This document shows positions 19,290 to 29,464 of a stretch of DNA of 64,000 bases, one piece after another (positions within the stretch are counted from its first letter, which is position 1; every line of letters starts with the position of its first letter). A program made the translations under genes and the position numbers. Source of the stretch: an uncultured Verrucomicrobiae bacterium. Its GTDB lineage: Bacteria; Verrucomicrobiota; Verrucomicrobiia; Limisphaerales; Palsa-1400. Where the stretch lies: positions 224,001 to 288,000 of the forward strand of contig CAVPOM010000012.1 in assembly GCA_963707025.1 (NCBI GenBank). Reading direction: 5' to 3'. The notes beneath the pieces were generated by a model. It had not been told where the DNA came from. It ran no database searches and was given only the letters and a program-made list of their open reading frames with translations.

Positions 19290-19744
19290 ACCAGATATTA
19301 TTAGACAAAATTGAAGCGGAACAGTATCGCAAAGAACCGGCGGTTTTTGCGGTGGGTGACAGCGTGCGCGTCCATACCAAAGTGGTCGAAGGCGACAAGG
19401 AACGCATCCAGATTTTTGCCGGGGTGGTGATTGGCCGGCGGGGGCACGGATTGAATTCCACCTTCACCGTGCGCCGCATCAGTTATGGCGAGGGCGTGGA
19501 GCGTGTTTTTCCTGAGCATTCGCCCCGCGTCGAAAAGGTGGAAGTCGAGCGCAAAGGCTCGGTCCGCCGCGCCAAACTGACCTATCTGCGCCAGCGCATC
19601 GGCAAGAGCGCCACTCTGGTCAAGGAAAAAGAAGGCCGCGTGGTCAAAGCAGCGCCCGCCCGGGCCGCAGAGGCTCCGGCGGCGGAGCCGGCCCCGGCCC
19701 CGGCGCCGCAAGCCGCGGCCGCGGCTGCCGGTCCCGCCAAGTAG
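19286..19744 (+). CDS. rplS: 50S ribosomal protein L19 with Ala/Pro-rich tail
   Basis: [38 protein letters not shown]. Confidence 0.98.
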   Translation: MNQILLDKIEAEQYRKEPAVFAVGDSVRVHTKVVEGDKERIQIFAGVVIGRRGHGLNSTFTVRRISYGEGVERVFPEHSPRVEKVEVERKGSVRRAKLTYLRQRIGKSATLVKEKEGRVVKAAPARAAEAPAAEPAPAPAPQAAAAAAGPAK

Positions 19745-19782
19745 GGCCAAGGGGCCGGGCGCCAAGGTACCTTCCCGGCCGC

Positions 19783-20610
19783 TTACCAGGATTGCCGCAA
19801 CATCTGCGGCGTCAAGCCTTTGGCCCGCAGACTCCTCAGGCTCAGCGCGTCATGCCGCTTGGCTAGGCGCACACCGGCGTCGTCCGTCACCAGCGGGCAG
19901 TGATAAAAGGACGGGGGCGTCAATTCCAGCGCGCGATAAAGCAATAGTTGACGCGCGGTGGAAAGGAGCAAGTCCGCGCCCCGCACCACCTCGGTGATCT
20001 GCATGGCCGCGTCATCCACCACCACCGCCAGTTGATAGGAGGGCACATCGTCGTGCCGCCAGACCGGAAAATCGCCAAAATCCCGGCCGGCCAGGAATTG
20101 TTGACTGCCGAAGAAGCCGTCGGCAAAACAGATCCCCTCCCCGTCCGGCACGCGGAAGCGCCAGTTGGCCCCTGGGGCGGCGGCGACCTCAAATGTCGTT
20201 CCCGGCGCGGGCCGGCAAGTCCCCGGGTAAACCGGTCCCTCTTCCCCGGCGTGGGGCGCTTGCAAGGCGCGCAGCACATCCCGCCGCGAACAACGGCACG
20301 GATAAATCCAGCCGGCCCGGCCCAGTTTTTCCAGCGCGGCGCGATAAAAACGGCCGCGCTCGCTTTGCGCGTAGGGGCCGAAGGGTCCGCCGCAGTCCGG
20401 CCCCTCTTGCCAGCGGAAGCCGAACCAGCGCAAGTCCTCCATCATGGCGTCCACAAACTCCAGGCGAAACCGCCGGGCGTCCATGTCTTCATTGCGGAGA
20501 ACCAGTGTGCCGGCCGCGGCTTCGGCCCGCTGCTGGGCGGTCCAAAATGTCCGGGCATGGCCTAGGTGCAGGTAACCCGTCGGCGAAGGCGCTAATCGTC
20601 CGCGATACAT
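19783..20610 (-). CDS. gluQ: Glutamyl-Q tRNA(Asp) synthetase
   Basis: GRLAPSPTGYLHLGH, YQLAVVVDD, VVRGADLL, LAKR; no anticodon-binding domain. Confidence 0.92.
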   Translation of the reverse strand: MYRGRLAPSPTGYLHLGHARTFWTAQQRAEAAAGTLVLRNEDMDARRFRLEFVDAMMEDLRWFGFRWQEGPDCGGPFGPYAQSERGRFYRAALEKLGRAGWIYPCRCSRRDVLRALQAPHAGEEGPVYPGTCRPAPGTTFEVAAAPGANWRFRVPDGEGICFADGFFGSQQFLAGRDFGDFPVWRHDDVPSYQLAVVVDDAAMQITEVVRGADLLLSTARQLLLYRALELTPPSFYHCPLVTDDAGVRLAKRHDALSLRSLRAKGLTPQMLRQSW

Positions 20611-20710
20611 TTAAATGAAAATTGCAGAATGCAAAACGGGAGGAATCCGCCAAAAGGCGAATTTGACCTGAAATGTGGTTGGTTGCACGGGGCCCCCCAA
20701 GGGCAGGAAC

Positions 20711-20767
20711 TGAAACTAGGTGAAACTAGGTGAAACTAGGTGAAATTAACTGAAATTGATGTGAAAA
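20711..20767 (+). repeat. Tandem decamer (TGAAACTAGG)x3 plus degenerate units
   Basis: Read directly from the sequence. Confidence 0.9.
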
Positions 20768-20810
20768 TGGGCTTGCGCTCGCTTCGCTTCGGCGCGGCCA
20801 GCGGGGTGGA

Positions 20811-20870
20811 CCCGTCTTCGCTAAAGTTTCCGCCTTCGCTAAAGCTTCGGCGGACAGGACGGCGGACAGG
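20811..20870. repeat. Nested 30-bp palindromic repeat
   Basis: Outer CCCGTCTTCGCTAAAGTT|ACGGCGGACAGG; inner TCCGCCTTCGCTAAAGCTTCGGCGGACAGG (20829-20858). Confidence 0.9.
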
Positions 20871-20965
20871 AGGAGCCGGCCGAGAGAGACCGCCCCGGAC
20901 GCCGGCCCGACCTTCGCCATCCGACTCTGATTCCTCGACTCTACGTTCCTTGCAGTCACATGGAG

Positions 20966-20994
20966 AAGTTAATCAATTAAGGGCAGGTTGTCAA
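20966..20994 (-). promoter_or_regulatory. Sigma70-type promoter ~350 bp upstream of gluQ
   Basis: TTGACA-17-TAACTT. Confidence 0.45.
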
Positions 20995-21519
20995 AGGAAA
21001 AATGCGAAAAAATCGGATTTTTGCAATGTCTTAATCATTAGACACTTGGGTAGCCTGCCAAGCCCATAGCGCAAAGGAAAGAGGCCAAGGGTGGCCAAGC
21101 CGCCACCAAAACCGTCCCGAAGGACAGTCTGGCGCAAAGGCGCGGAGAGGGCAGCGCGGCAACGCCGCACCGGAATCCGGAATTGCCTGCAGGCTGAAGG
21201 CCGGCTTACCACACACATTAACGGAGCTACGGAAAAGAGAAATCAATCTGCGCCCATCTGCGTGATCTTTGGGCGGCCTAAAGAAGCGATTAAACGTAAC
21301 CATTGATTATCCTGATGTCGCGATTGAAATTATCAATTAACACCATTGAGCAGGGTGAGTTATCTTTGGAGCCATGAGAACAAAACGCAATTCATTCTGC
21401 CGGAGGAAGGACCGTCTGGGGCGGCGGCTCAACCGGATCCGGCAAGGACTCATGAACGTCGGAAGCAAAAGAAGAAGAATCAAGACCGTCATGTTACCAG
21501 GGTTGACCATTTCACCTTC

Positions 21520-22053
21520 ATGAAAACTTGCCGTCTTTCGCTCCTTTTTCACATAATGCTGCCTGTTGCCGGAGCCTTGGTCTTCACAGGATGTATTGCC
21601 TTGAGGGATAACGTGACGTTTTTTTGGGGCCCAATCAGCTATGACGTTACTTCCAAACCGGCTTGGTGGGGTGAAATGCATCGCGGTGAAATTGTGGCCC
21701 TAAACGACGACACCCTTTTAAATGGTGGTAGGCTTACGCTTGGAGCGTATAAAGAAACTGGCACTTATAGTTCTGGTGCCATTTTCAAGCGGAGCATTAC
21801 GGTGGAAATGTTCAAAGCCAATCCGGGGAAATATTGGGAAGACCTGCATCTGCTTCCAAAGGGAACGAGGTTTCGATGTAAGAAGCTGGAACGCTTCTTT
21901 TCAAGCAACACACGCGATTATATTATCACCGCAGAAATTCTCGATGGAGAATTCAATGGCAAAACTGCTTCCATCGAGCCTTATGGTGGCAACCCGGACA
22001 AAAAAGGAAGCATGAAATTAGGGCCGAATTGCCTGGTGCATGCTGTGGAATAG
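21520..22053 (+). CDS. Hypothetical lipoprotein
   Basis: MKTCRL...ALVFTGC lipobox-like signal; lower GC than flanks. Confidence 0.7.
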   Translation: MKTCRLSLLFHIMLPVAGALVFTGCIALRDNVTFFWGPISYDVTSKPAWWGEMHRGEIVALNDDTLLNGGRLTLGAYKETGTYSSGAIFKRSITVEMFKANPGKYWEDLHLLPKGTRFRCKKLERFFSSNTRDYIITAEILDGEFNGKTASIEPYGGNPDKKGSMKLGPNCLVHAVE

Positions 22054-22207
22054 GAAGCACGGCCTGATTTGCGATTGGAAAGGTGACTGGATTCACCAGG
22101 ATTGAAGATCTTGGCGCAATTGTTTTGCCGATGAGGCTACGAATTCGTCTTCCCAGCTCTGCGTGATCCGGCCCAGGACAGGGCAAGGCCACCAGCGGTG
22201 CAGCCCA

Positions 22208-22274
22208 AAAGTTATTCAACGTCGGCTGCGGAGAGCGCCTTCAGAGGTTCTCCTCCCCGCCGTTGAATAACTTT
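22208..22274. repeat. 14-bp perfect inverted repeat, MITE/hairpin-like
   Basis: AAAGTTATTCAACG (22208-22221) and CGTTGAATAACTTT (22261-22274). Confidence 0.75.
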
Positions 22275-22345
22275 GGAAAAGCTACAGGGGTAGTTTAATC
22301 CTCACAACGATGCGCTGAATGATTTTATCGCGCCGGGATGATAAA

Positions 22346-24790
22346 TCAGGATTCGCGGATGGTGGCACGGAGGGATTGCTTGAATTGTTCCACCAGCTTT
22401 TCGTGGGCGGCGTTGACTTCGGCGTCGGTCAGGGTGCGGTCGGCATGGCGGTAGGTGAAGGCGTAGGCGACGCTCTTTTGGCCCAGGGCCATGTTTTTGC
22501 CGCGGAAGATGTCGAAGAGTTCCACTTTTTCGAGGTTGGCCGGCTTGACTTGTTTGACCAGGCTGGTCACGGCCTGGTGGGTGGTGGCTTCGGGCACGAG
22601 CATGGCCACGTCGCGGCGGATGGCCGGGAATTGAGGCAGCGATTTGAACGATTGGGAGGAAATGCGGCGCACGAGCAGTTCGTCGAAATCCAGTTCGGCG
22701 AGGAGAACGGGGTCGCGCAAATCATATTGGCGGGCGAGAGCGGGAGCCAGTTGGCCGATTTCGCCCAGAGCAAGTTTGCCCAGGCCAAAGGAGGCGGATT
22801 CAAGATAGAATGAGCGGCTCTGTTCCTGGCGCGACCAGGTGACACCGCGCAGGCCGAATTGGTCCAGGAATTCCTCCAGCGCGCCTTTCAAATCGAAAAG
22901 GTTGCAGCGGGCGTCGCGGTCCGCGCCGTCCCAAAACAGCGGCCAGCGCGCGCCGGTCAGGGCCAGGGCCAGGCGGCGTTGTTCCCGGGCGGTCCGGTCG
23001 GGTTGGAGGGAAAAAACACGGCCGATTTCAAAGAGTGCGACGTCGTTGTTCTTGTGGCTGAGGTTGTAACGCAAGGACTCCAGCAGTCCGGGCAGCAGGC
23101 TGGGGCGCAAGGTGTTCATGTCGCCGCTGAGGGGATGGCTCAGGGTGGCGGGCGGGGAGGCGGGATTGGCCGCCAGTTTGGCGGCGGTCTCGGAGATCAA
23201 GGTCTGGCCTTGCGCCTCGTTCAGGCCCAGGCCGGCCAGGAGGCGGCGGGCCTCGGCAATTTCGTCATGGACGGCATCGAAAGCGCTGGCGCCGACGGCG
23301 CCGCGCGGCGGGGTGGCGGGAATTTTGTCCACGCCGTAGAGACGGGCAATTTCCTCGATCAAATCGGCTTCGCGTTTTATGTCAACACGAAAACTGGGGA
23401 CCTGAAAGAGGGCGCGCGCCGGCTCCTGTGCGACGACGGCCAATTCGAGGCTTTTGAGAAAATTGACCTGGGCGGCGGCGGGAATGGGCACGCCGAGGAG
23501 TTGATCGCATTTGGCGAAGCGCAACGGGATTTGGCGGAGCGGGGCGGGACTGGGATAAGCGTCCAAAGCTTGTTCCAGCACCAGGCCGCCGGCGGTTTGG
23601 AGGATCAATTGGGCGGCGCGGCGGCCGGCCCAATCGCAAATGCCGATGTCCGATCCGCGCTCGAAGCGGTAGGAGGAATCGGTGCGCAGGTCCAGTTTCC
23701 TGGAGGTGGCGCGGATGTTTTGCGGTTTGAAACAGGCGCTTTCAATCAGCACATCCACGGTGGCGGGGTTGATTTCGCTGTTGCGCCCGCCCATGACTCC
23801 GGCCAGGGCCAGCGGCTTGGTTTCGTCGGCAATGAGCAAGGTCTGATCGTCGAGGGTGTGTTTCTTGCCGTCGAGGGTGATGAATTCCTGGCCCGGAGCG
23901 GCCCGCTGGACGACAATGGCGGGCAAGGCGCCGGGCCGGGCGGTGAGGAGCCGGAAATCAAAGGCGTGGAGGGGCTGGCCGGTTTCGAGCATGACGAAAT
24001 TGGTGACGTCCACGACGTTGCTGACGCTGCGCAAGCCGGTTTTTTCGAGGAGGGAGCGCATCCAATCCGGGCTGGGGCCGATCTTCACGCCGCGCAGGAG
24101 GCGAGCGTTGTAGCGGGGACAGAGTTCCGGGTCCTCAATCCGCACGCTGAGAAAATGGGCGATGGGTTCGGCGCTGATTTGCGCGGGAGGAAAGTGAAGC
24201 TGCGGCAGGCGCAAGGGATGGCCGGTGAGGGCGCTGATTTCCCGCGCGATGCCAATGACGCTGTTCCAGTCCGGGCGGTTGGGCGTGACTTCCAGATCAT
24301 AAACCACATCCCCCGGGGCGCGCCCGAGGAATTCGGCGAAGGGCTGTCCGACCCTGGCATCGGCGGGCAGAATCAAGAGGCCGTCCCCCTCGCCGGGCAG
24401 GCCCAGCTCGACCGGCGAGCACAACATGCCGTGGGATTCGACGCCGCGAATCTTTCCGACTTTAATGGTGAGCGGCGGCTGGCCGGTTTTGGCGGGCAGG
24501 GCGTGGCCGGGCAGAATGAGGGGGACCTTGTCGCCGGCCTTGAAGTTTTGCGCGCCGCAAACGATCTGGCGTTCACCGGCGCCGTCGTGGACGCGGCAGA
24601 GGGAAAGTTTGCCGGCGTTGGGATGCGGGTCCCGCGCGAGCACCTGGGCGACGACGACGCCGTCCAGTTCGCCGCCGACTTTTTGCATGCCCTCGACTTC
24701 GAGGCCGAGGAGGGTGAGGCGTTGGGCCAACTCTCCGGGAGACCAGTCGAAGTGGACGTATTGGCGGAGCCAGTTGAGCGTGATTTTCAT
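22346..24790 (-). CDS. pheT: Phenylalanine-tRNA ligase beta subunit
   Basis: MKITLNWL, TPNRPD, ETGQPLHAFD, SYRFERG, RTLTDAEVN. Confidence 0.98.
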   Translation of the reverse strand: MKITLNWLRQYVHFDWSPGELAQRLTLLGLEVEGMQKVGGELDGVVVAQVLARDPHPNAGKLSLCRVHDGAGERQIVCGAQNFKAGDKVPLILPGHALPAKTGQPPLTIKVGKIRGVESHGMLCSPVELGLPGEGDGLLILPADARVGQPFAEFLGRAPGDVVYDLEVTPNRPDWNSVIGIAREISALTGHPLRLPQLHFPPAQISAEPIAHFLSVRIEDPELCPRYNARLLRGVKIGPSPDWMRSLLEKTGLRSVSNVVDVTNFVMLETGQPLHAFDFRLLTARPGALPAIVVQRAAPGQEFITLDGKKHTLDDQTLLIADETKPLALAGVMGGRNSEINPATVDVLIESACFKPQNIRATSRKLDLRTDSSYRFERGSDIGICDWAGRRAAQLILQTAGGLVLEQALDAYPSPAPLRQIPLRFAKCDQLLGVPIPAAAQVNFLKSLELAVVAQEPARALFQVPSFRVDIKREADLIEEIARLYGVDKIPATPPRGAVGASAFDAVHDEIAEARRLLAGLGLNEAQGQTLISETAAKLAANPASPPATLSHPLSGDMNTLRPSLLPGLLESLRYNLSHKNNDVALFEIGRVFSLQPDRTAREQRRLALALTGARWPLFWDGADRDARCNLFDLKGALEEFLDQFGLRGVTWSRQEQSRSFYLESASFGLGKLALGEIGQLAPALARQYDLRDPVLLAELDFDELLVRRISSQSFKSLPQFPAIRRDVAMLVPEATTHQAVTSLVKQVKPANLEKVELFDIFRGKNMALGQKSVAYAFTYRHADRTLTDAEVNAAHEKLVEQFKQSLRATIRES

Positions 24791-24855
24791 GCCGGAGGGC
24801 GGGAATTAAATAGGATTGACAATAGGACGGGAGGGGCCGGCGGGATGGCCTGGGC

Positions 24856-26193
24856 TTACCGGCCGCGCCGGCCTCCGCCTCCCCCTCTGCCGCCGCCCCC
24901 GCCCATCCCCCCCCCGCCCTGATCCGGCGGCGCTGCCGCTCTGGCGGGGGCTACCGGCGCCGCGGGCACCAAGTCGTTCATGGCGAGGGTGAGGTTGGTT
25001 TGGATGTTGGGGTAGGTCTCGGTGATCGTGCCGGTCATTTTGGACATTCTTTTGACCGCGGCGATCTCCAGCAGCGTCGGCTCCTTGCCATTGTTCATCG
25101 TCTTCATTTGCTCCTTGATTTGGGCGTCGTCCATGGCCGCCGGGCCGGATTTGCCATCCATCACCACCTGGGTTTGGGCGATGAGAAAGGAACTGCGGTT
25201 GACCCAGACCAGCACATTCTGCAGTTTGACCGTTCCGGCCAGCACATAACAAAATTTGCCGTCCAGTTTCTCGTCCGTATTGCGCGTCCATTCCAGACCG
25301 GCTTTGCCCAAGCCCTCGCCCGTCTCCCCGATAAAAAGATCAACTATGTCGCCCACCCCCACGTTGACCCCGCCGTTAAAGCTGCTGAACAGGGCGTTGT
25401 GGGATGGCATCCGGGTGCGGCGATTGTTGCCCTGGAGAAAATCCCCGTTGCCAGTGAACCAGCCGGTCACGGTGATGTTGCTCGCTCCCACCGGGATGGC
25501 ATAATCAATGCGAAAACTGGACGGCTTGCTCATCTTCAGCGTCAGGTCGGCGGTGACGGTTTGCGGGCCGGCCGCGGCCAGGGCCGGACTGATCGCCGAC
25601 ATGTCCAGGACGGCGATGGTTTTGCCAGTGGAACTGAAACTGGGAATCTCCTTGTACACCCCGGCCACCTTTTCCATAATCTCCGAAGCGGTCAGTTCCG
25701 GCGGCGCCGGCGGCGGCGGAGGAGGCTGGTTGGCGGCGGCGATTTCGGCGGCGGACGGACCGCGCCAGGATTTCCATTTGGCCTTCAGCCAGTCCCGGTT
25801 TAAAAAAGCCGACACCCCAATCAGCGCGACCGCGGCCAGGGCGAAGATCAGGCCGGAGTAGGATTTCTTGGGTTTGCGCGCCAGGTGCGCCTGAAAAAGG
25901 GCCGAGCCTTGCTGGTCCGGCTCGACCACAGAGGCGGGGGCGTGCCCCGGCTGGGAACCCAAGGCGGAGACGGACAGTCTGGCCACCTTGGGCGGGGCGG
26001 GAGGCGGGGGCATGCCCGGAGGGGTGGCAATGGCGATGCTGGATCGGACCGGCTCGGCCGGCGGGGCGGACGGGTTGGCGGGAACCACAATCGGCGCCTG
26101 GCAGGCCGGACAGTTAATCTGGTGGCCGACGTAATCGTCGTTGGCCGACATACGCTGTCCGCAAGCCGGACAGGCAAACTTAAAATCGCTCAT
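24856..26193 (-). CDS. Zn-ribbon, Pro-rich linker, TM and periplasmic LolA/DUF2092-like domain protein
   Basis: CPACG...CPAC; TM LIFALAAVALIGV; beta-rich C-domain (fold tentative). Confidence 0.7.
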   Translation of the reverse strand: MSDFKFACPACGQRMSANDDYVGHQINCPACQAPIVVPANPSAPPAEPVRSSIAIATPPGMPPPPAPPKVARLSVSALGSQPGHAPASVVEPDQQGSALFQAHLARKPKKSYSGLIFALAAVALIGVSAFLNRDWLKAKWKSWRGPSAAEIAAANQPPPPPPAPPELTASEIMEKVAGVYKEIPSFSSTGKTIAVLDMSAISPALAAAGPQTVTADLTLKMSKPSSFRIDYAIPVGASNITVTGWFTGNGDFLQGNNRRTRMPSHNALFSSFNGGVNVGVGDIVDLFIGETGEGLGKAGLEWTRNTDEKLDGKFCYVLAGTVKLQNVLVWVNRSSFLIAQTQVVMDGKSGPAAMDDAQIKEQMKTMNNGKEPTLLEIAAVKRMSKMTGTITETYPNIQTNLTLAMNDLVPAAPVAPARAAAPPDQGGGGMGGGGGRGGGGGRRGR

Positions 26194-26645
26194 AGTTCAA
26201 GCCACCACCATGAGACCTGGGCCGCAATCGGTTCACCCCCTTCTCTCATGGAGAATGGTGGATAGTCAGGAAACTCCCTTTCGCGCAGAATTGCAAGGCT
26301 GCTTTCAATCCATCCTTGAGCCTGTTGTGTTTTGGCCGATGGGCAGGGCTTAAACGCCTGCGTCACACTCGCTCCTCCAAGCCAGCAACCGGGCCTGTCA
26401 TCCTGTGACGTTTCGGTTACGAAAACCCGATAATTTCCACCGCAAAAGCCGCGCCGCAAAAGGCCGGCCGATGCCAAGGGAAATCCGCCGTTTAACCGGT
26501 TTCGCCCCGCGTTTTTAGCTGTTCAAGAATCGGAAGCAGAAGTCTGAAATGCGCAGGTTTAGTCTGCCCGTCTGGTTGATAATAACAAGCCAGCGGGTGC
26601 AATTGAGCAGGCACCAGAGAAGAGACTAGAAACCTTAGCTTGGTT

Positions 26646-27362
26646 ATGAACGAGAGACGCCTCATGGTTCGTCTGGGTATTGTTGTTGCGGTGGCCGCTC
26701 TTGCCCAATCTGCTTCCGCCGCCATTCAGGAGGAGTTCGTGGCGGATTACGGCTCTTCCTGCTCGCCCTTGGCTCTTGGCTCCACTGAGACCTTGAGTCT
26801 TAACCGGTTTGACACCTCCCTGGGGTCTCTTACTGGAGTGACCATCAGGTTGTATTCTTACGACACGATCTCGTCGGTGGTTTTCAACGCCACAGGAAGA
26901 CGCGCGGCCTATTCAGGGGCTACTGCGACGGTGCCGGTGACGGTCACAGCCTCGGATGCTTTGGATGCCTTGAATGGTTTGGTCACCACCGCAACAGGCA
27001 CGGCAGGACCTTTTGCGGGCATTTCGACAGGCTCTCGCTCTGACCTAAGCGTTGCGGGCCGCAAGACTATCCCGGTTCAAATCGCCAGCATCAGCCCGGG
27101 GTCTTTTCCCTACGAAGGTGAAGGCGCGGGCAGATTCACATTTACCGTGACGGTTGCCGACTCGATCGGATCGTATTCTGGAAGCGGCGGGTCCTCCCTC
27201 TTCTTCGGAGGCGATGGGTATTCGTATGGGATGGTCGTAATTGATTATAGTTACGTCTCCGCTGTTCCCGAACCCGGCACGCTCTGCGCGGGTCTGGCCG
27301 TGGCAGGCATCGGTGGAATTGCAGTGGCGCGGCGGTTGCGGAGAATCTCTTCGCGCGCCTAA
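26646..27362 (+). CDS. PEP-CTERM protein (choice-of-anchor E-like)
   Basis: Signal peptide, RFDTSLGSLTGV, VPEPGT-TM-RRLRR. Confidence 0.9.
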   Translation: MNERRLMVRLGIVVAVAALAQSASAAIQEEFVADYGSSCSPLALGSTETLSLNRFDTSLGSLTGVTIRLYSYDTISSVVFNATGRRAAYSGATATVPVTVTASDALDALNGLVTTATGTAGPFAGISTGSRSDLSVAGRKTIPVQIASISPGSFPYEGEGAGRFTFTVTVADSIGSYSGSGGSSLFFGGDGYSYGMVVIDYSYVSAVPEPGTLCAGLAVAGIGGIAVARRLRRISSRA

Positions 27363-27830
27363 GAGCCAGCCCTGAGTTTATCCGCTCGCCGGACCGGTGT
27401 TGCCTCGCCCTGCAACGCCTCCACGATGCCGGTGGCCGGCGCCTCGTTGGCTTCCTTGATCTCCTCGGCCAGCGGGCGGTTGACCACGCAGCGATGTTCA
27501 ATCTGGTTGGCGCAGCGGGCGGCGAATCCATCCAATTCCCGGGTGATGGCCCGGATGCTGGTGACCATGAAGTTGTAACTGAACATGGCCGGAATGGCCA
27601 CCAGCAACCCGATGACCGTGCAGATCAAAGCGCCCGCCACCGGATTGTTTTTCAAGTGGTAATCCAGTTCATCGGCCCCGGGAATGCAGAGCTGGCAAGC
27701 CGGCACGCCGGGGAACTCCTCCTCCCGCCGTTTGATGTCCAGCGGATCCCGCGTGGCGGCATAGGCGGCCAGGAATTTCCTGGTCCATTTCCGCGCGATG
27801 GCGGCGCGCCACCCGGACACGGGAAGAAGT
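27359..27830 (-). pseudogene. Internally deleted ExbB/TolQ/MotA gene
   Basis: Keeps AGALICTVIGLLVAIPAMFSYN (last TM) and an N-proximal piece; lacks TM2 (P..GL.GTV) and a start. Confidence 0.75.
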
Positions 27831-27847
27831 TGGAGGCACAAATGGAT

Positions 27848-27902
27848 TGTTGCACAATTGTCACATAATTTCCTTTGAGCTGACGCCAAAAGCGGGTATG
27901 AC
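27848..27902 (+). promoter_or_regulatory. Degenerate Pho-box-like promoter of the porin gene
   Basis: TGTTGC, TGTCAC, TGACGC on an 11-bp lattice (27848, 27859, 27881), 10 nt, TATGAC. Confidence 0.35.
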
Positions 27903-27938
27903 AAGGCCTGCAAAAATGCCTTTTAAAGCCAACCCATC

Positions 27939-29447
27939 ATGAATTTATTATACAAATTAGCGGGAATTATGGCTGGGACGGCGGCGTGTCTGGCGCTGGC
28001 CGTCACCGCCACAGCTCAGGTTTCCGCGGACGCCCTGCTGGACAAGTTGGTGGCCAAGGGCCTTCTGACGCAGAAGGAGGCGGAGGAACTCAAGAATGAG
28101 ACTGCGACCAACAACCCGGAGGGTCTGAAGCTGCAGATGAGCAAGGCCATCAAAAGCATGGAGTTGTTCGGCGACCTGCGGATGCGCTACGAATACCGCG
28201 GCGCCCAACTCGGGCCGGAAGCCGGGAATAATGTCTATGATACGGCCAATCGCTGGCGCTACGCGTTGCGCGCCGGGGTCCGCGGTGACTTGGCCGATGA
28301 TTTTTATTACGGTTTGAGACTTGAGACTTCGCAAAACGAGCGGTCAACGTGGAATACTTTTGGGAGCGTCGGAACCTCTCCCTACAATGGCCCCTTCAGC
28401 AAAAGCAGTTACAGCCTCTATATCGGGGAGGCATATTTGGGATGGCGGCCGACTTCGTGGCTGGACGTTTCGATCGGCAGGGTGCCCCAGCCACTCTATA
28501 CCACGCCGATGATGTGGGATTCGGACTACACCCCGGAAGGGTTGGTGGAGAAGTTTAAATACACGCGCGGCCCGGTGGATTATTTCGCGACGCTGGGGCA
28601 ATATGTGTACCAGGACACCACACCGGGAAGTGATTATGCGGCGCAGGGAGGTTCCATTGCGGGACTCGAATTGGCGCAGTTCTCCGACAATAATGCCTAC
28701 CTGCTGGCCTGGCAGGTGGGGGCGGTTTATCACGTTGATACCAACTTATCGGTCAAGGTGGCGCCCGTTTTCTACAGTTATGTGGGCCATGGGAACGGCA
28801 ATGCGGGATATTACGGCGCGTTTGTGGGGCAGGGACAAAGCGGATTCACGTTCTACCCGGGGACCCCCACGACCGGTGTCCCGGGAGCGTTCGGCAACGT
28901 CAGCAGCTACAACCAGACTGGCATCAACAATCTGTCCATCATCGAATTGCCCATGGAGGTGAACTTCAAGCTTGGGTCGCTGGATGCCAGGGCGTTTGGC
29001 GATTTCAGCATCAATTTGGAGGGCGATGACCGTGCCCGCGCGGCGTACAATACCGCCCCGGGAGCTTTCCCCGGTGGCGTGCAACTCAACCAGGACCAAG
29101 CCATGCAATTTGGCCTGGCCGTCGGAAACAATCTGGATTTGGTCTATGCCGCCATTCCGAGAAAGGGGACCTGGGAGGCGAGGGCTTATTGGCAGCATGT
29201 CGAACAATACGCGCTGGACCCCAACCTGCTGGATTCAGACTTTTTTGAAGGCCGCGGCAATCTGCAAGGATTTTACACGGCGTTTGCTTACAGCTTCACC
29301 GACGCCTTGATCGGCACTCTCCGCTACGGTTGGGCCGAGCGCATTGACAACCAACTGGGCACGGGCGGTTTCAACGCTGATTTGCCTCTGCCCAATCCGG
29401 TCAACAAGTTCCAGATCATTCAAGTGGACGCTACCTGGAAATTCTAA
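27939..29447 (+). CDS. Putative outer-membrane porin
   Basis: Signal peptide, DALLDKLVAKGLLTQKEA, GDLRMRYE, WDSDYTPEG, DSDF, terminal WKF. Confidence 0.88.
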   Translation: MNLLYKLAGIMAGTAACLALAVTATAQVSADALLDKLVAKGLLTQKEAEELKNETATNNPEGLKLQMSKAIKSMELFGDLRMRYEYRGAQLGPEAGNNVYDTANRWRYALRAGVRGDLADDFYYGLRLETSQNERSTWNTFGSVGTSPYNGPFSKSSYSLYIGEAYLGWRPTSWLDVSIGRVPQPLYTTPMMWDSDYTPEGLVEKFKYTRGPVDYFATLGQYVYQDTTPGSDYAAQGGSIAGLELAQFSDNNAYLLAWQVGAVYHVDTNLSVKVAPVFYSYVGHGNGNAGYYGAFVGQGQSGFTFYPGTPTTGVPGAFGNVSSYNQTGINNLSIIELPMEVNFKLGSLDARAFGDFSINLEGDDRARAAYNTAPGAFPGGVQLNQDQAMQFGLAVGNNLDLVYAAIPRKGTWEARAYWQHVEQYALDPNLLDSDFFEGRGNLQGFYTAFAYSFTDALIGTLRYGWAERIDNQLGTGGFNADLPLPNPVNKFQIIQVDATWKF

Positions 29448-29464
29448 TCATGATGCCGGGCAAA

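Noticed and set aside
20711..20870. CRISPR array
   Set aside because: Repeats are tandem or nested, with no unique spacers and no cas genes
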